Shown here one piece after another: positions 52,037 to 54,242 of a DNA stretch of 54,242 bases; the stretch's first letter is position 1, and every line of letters starts with the position of its first letter. Source of the stretch: Klebsormidium nitens (Eukaryota > Plantae > Klebsormidiophyceae); NCBI GenBank assembly GCA_000708835.1, contig DF237542.1, positions 1 through 54,242 on the forward strand, read 5' to 3'. The notes beneath the pieces are model-generated. The model worked only from the letters and a program-made list of their open reading frames with translations, was not told where the DNA came from and did no database searches. Both the position numbers and the translations under genes were made by a program.

Positions 52037-53796
52037 CTCCCCCACGCACTAAGTATCTTAGCTTTTGCTATCTCGCTTTTGCACTTCAAGATTCCTCAAC
52101 ACAAGCGCCTTAGTCAGAATGTCCGCCTTAATGTTGTCCTTCGTCAGGCAGCACGCAAATCCGGCCTCCTTTCACGCCACACTCTTATGCGCAAAAAGAT
52201 GAATCACGTCAACGTGCTTCGACCCCTGTGAAAAGGATGCTTCAGGATCCGTATTGCATCTTAGTTGCCGCAGTAGACTTGACCCCGATCTGCCAACTTG
52301 CAAGACCACAACGCCTCCTTCACTACATGCTCTGTACTCGATTGCTCCGCCTCAACAATCAACGCCGCCACCGTTGGCTGAAGACGGCTCGACAAACTAA
52401 AGCGCACCCCCGTACAGTAGAAAGACGTACTCGGTCGTGAAACGCTTTATGACAATGTTTTCGCAAAGTCCGCGTCACAAAACGCCTCAAGGACCTCATC
52501 GCCTCTCCTAATTATTATTCCGTCCTTCACGGTCCCCACCAAATACCGCAAGAGGTCGAGCGCTGGCCCCCAATGTGCCTCCGTTGGCGCATTTGTGTAG
52601 CGCGCCATGCGCCAATGCCTCCACGGCCTAAGCAATGTCAAGTTGCGTGCACACACTCATTTCAATATAGCAAGCTCCCATGGGCTCGCTTTAGGAAACT
52701 TCGCTGTACAGGCGGCTTGCCCTTCCTCCTCATATTCTCCTCCACATCAAAGAAAACCGAGCGCGCCCCTGCGCCCGCCAATATGTGCCGCCCAAAAAGC
52801 CCTCTAGTAAGCTTCTATTGCGTGAGCTTCAAAATAAGGCCTCCCTCTCGTGCGCCAACTTCATCCCAAGGAAGTACGTCGCCTCCCCTAACTTGCGCAC
52901 GTCGAAATTGTCCGCAAATAGCGCCTTCACCTTCGCCTTCTGCTCCGCTTCCTAGCCGCGACAAGAACATCGTCCAAGTGAAACCCGCTTTCCGTTCACC
53001 ACTCTCACAAAAAACGCCACATCCGCAAAGGACACCGCTATAGTGAAGTTCCCGAGCTATGGCTTGGACGCCGCTTGGCGCAACCCGTGCAGGGTGCGCT
53101 TGGAGTGTGGCAAACCACGTTGGGCCCGCTTTGCTCGTACCCCTTGCTTCATGTAGATCAAACCTCCATAAGCTCACCGTTGAGGAACGCCATCCTGACG
53201 TCCAATTGGCGCAACACCAAGTCGCGCTCTGCAACCCCCGCAACTAGCGCCCTTTGCTTGCTTACCGGGGTGTGGAATTCGTCGAAGTTTGTTTGTTGCT
53301 TCTACAAATACCCTTGCCCTAGCACTCGAGACGTATGTCGGTCCAACCGCATCGCAATTATCCTTGTAGACCCACTTCACCTCCTCCGTTTCTTGGACGA
53401 ATTCCCACACATCTCCAGGTTGTCGCGTTTTCCAACACGATCGCAACTTCTCTTTACTTGACTTTCGCCAAAGCTCCGTTTTAGTTGTGCGGCTCCAGAT
53501 AATTTTTCCAATCCCTCTAAGTGCTCCCCCGTTGCTGCCGCCCGACTCGCCCAATACATCCCCAGTGGACTCAAGGGCTGACCATTCCCCATTTCGCTCG
53601 AGCGGGGTATCCTCGGTCCGCCGTCTCTTCTCATCCGTTCCGACAGATTCCGCCCTCTCGATGCCCGCCTCCCCCTTACGGGTAGGCCCTGTACTGGGCT
53701 GAGTGTCGGCCTAACCCGTTAGGGTAGCTCCTACACTCATCCGAGTCAAGGGCTCAGACGAGTAGGGCCGCCAGCACTCTCTTCCTTATAATCTTT
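52037..53796 (-). mobile_element. Degenerate Ty1/copia element 2: IN-RT linker, reverse transcriptase and RNase H remnants
   Basis: Minus-strand fragments: ELWRK, VKWVYK, LDVRMAFLNGEL, LGEATYFLGM, DLLRYLVGT..LEAFCDADFA, KHVDVIH, ADILTKA, followed by a PPT. Many frameshifts. Confidence 0.88.
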
Positions 53797-54242
53797 GTTG
53801 AAACTCACGGTAGGGAGTCGTAGTGTAGTTGAGTAACTCGTCATTGGCTCTTATTGTGTTGTCCGGTACCCATGCTCATCACTCATCGATGACGGCCATG
53901 CATCCTAAGAGGAACACACGAAGCGCCTCACAAGCGGCTTCCTTCACTCCACAGACTTCTCTTAGAATGATGCATCAAAATAGTGGTTTCCACCACAATA
54001 AGTCTACGGGTCTCTCCCGTTCCACTAGGCTCACTAGCCTACTAGGCTTACTAGCCTAGGACACACACTACTAGGCTCACTAGCCTAGCTCACAGTCACA
54101 CTCAATCTTAGCCTTCGATATCGTCTTCTACTACACTAACGGCCGCTCTCAACCGCCTAACATCCAAACCGCCTAACGGTTTAACCGCCTAACTGCCGTG
54201 CACGACGGTCGGCGTTCACTCGTTCAAACCCTAACATGGGCC
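53797..54242 (-). repeat. LTR copy C (same family as A/B), truncated by the window end
   Basis: Starts TGTTGAAAC on the plus strand and aligns with LTRs A and B. It abuts the IN-RT linker of element 2. Confidence 0.85.

Overview
Intron-rich eukaryotic nuclear DNA, most likely from a GC-rich streptophyte green alga. This is an inference from a plastid sigma factor, an OVA5-like LysRS, a plant-type COX-X3/COX7c protein, high GC3 and many short introns. I reconstructed nine protein-coding genes by hand from splice sites and reading phase: a small SET/post-SET methyltransferase (+, apparently frameshifted), TFIIF beta (-), an organellar lysyl-tRNA synthetase (+), an AVT1-like amino acid transporter (-), UTP15 (+), a 90-aa mitochondrial COX7c-like protein (-), an LTA4H-like M1 aminopeptidase (+), a sigma-70 factor (-) and a UGT80-like sterol glucosyltransferase with a long C-terminal extension (+). 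The last ~8 kb is nested, decayed Ty1/copia material. The strongest signal is a pair of tandem, equal-length (110 nt), phase-incompatible exons in the aminopeptidase, each carrying the catalytic PYEKG tyrosine. This is the layout of mutually exclusive splicing at an active site. A second, decayed exon duplication sits in the SET gene. Other points of note are VPS13/ATG2-like amphipathic repeats on the glucosyltransferase, two TIR elements, a perfect 21-bp hairpin and stepwise expansion of a palindromic unit among three LTRs. All homology calls come from motif recognition; no database search was run.
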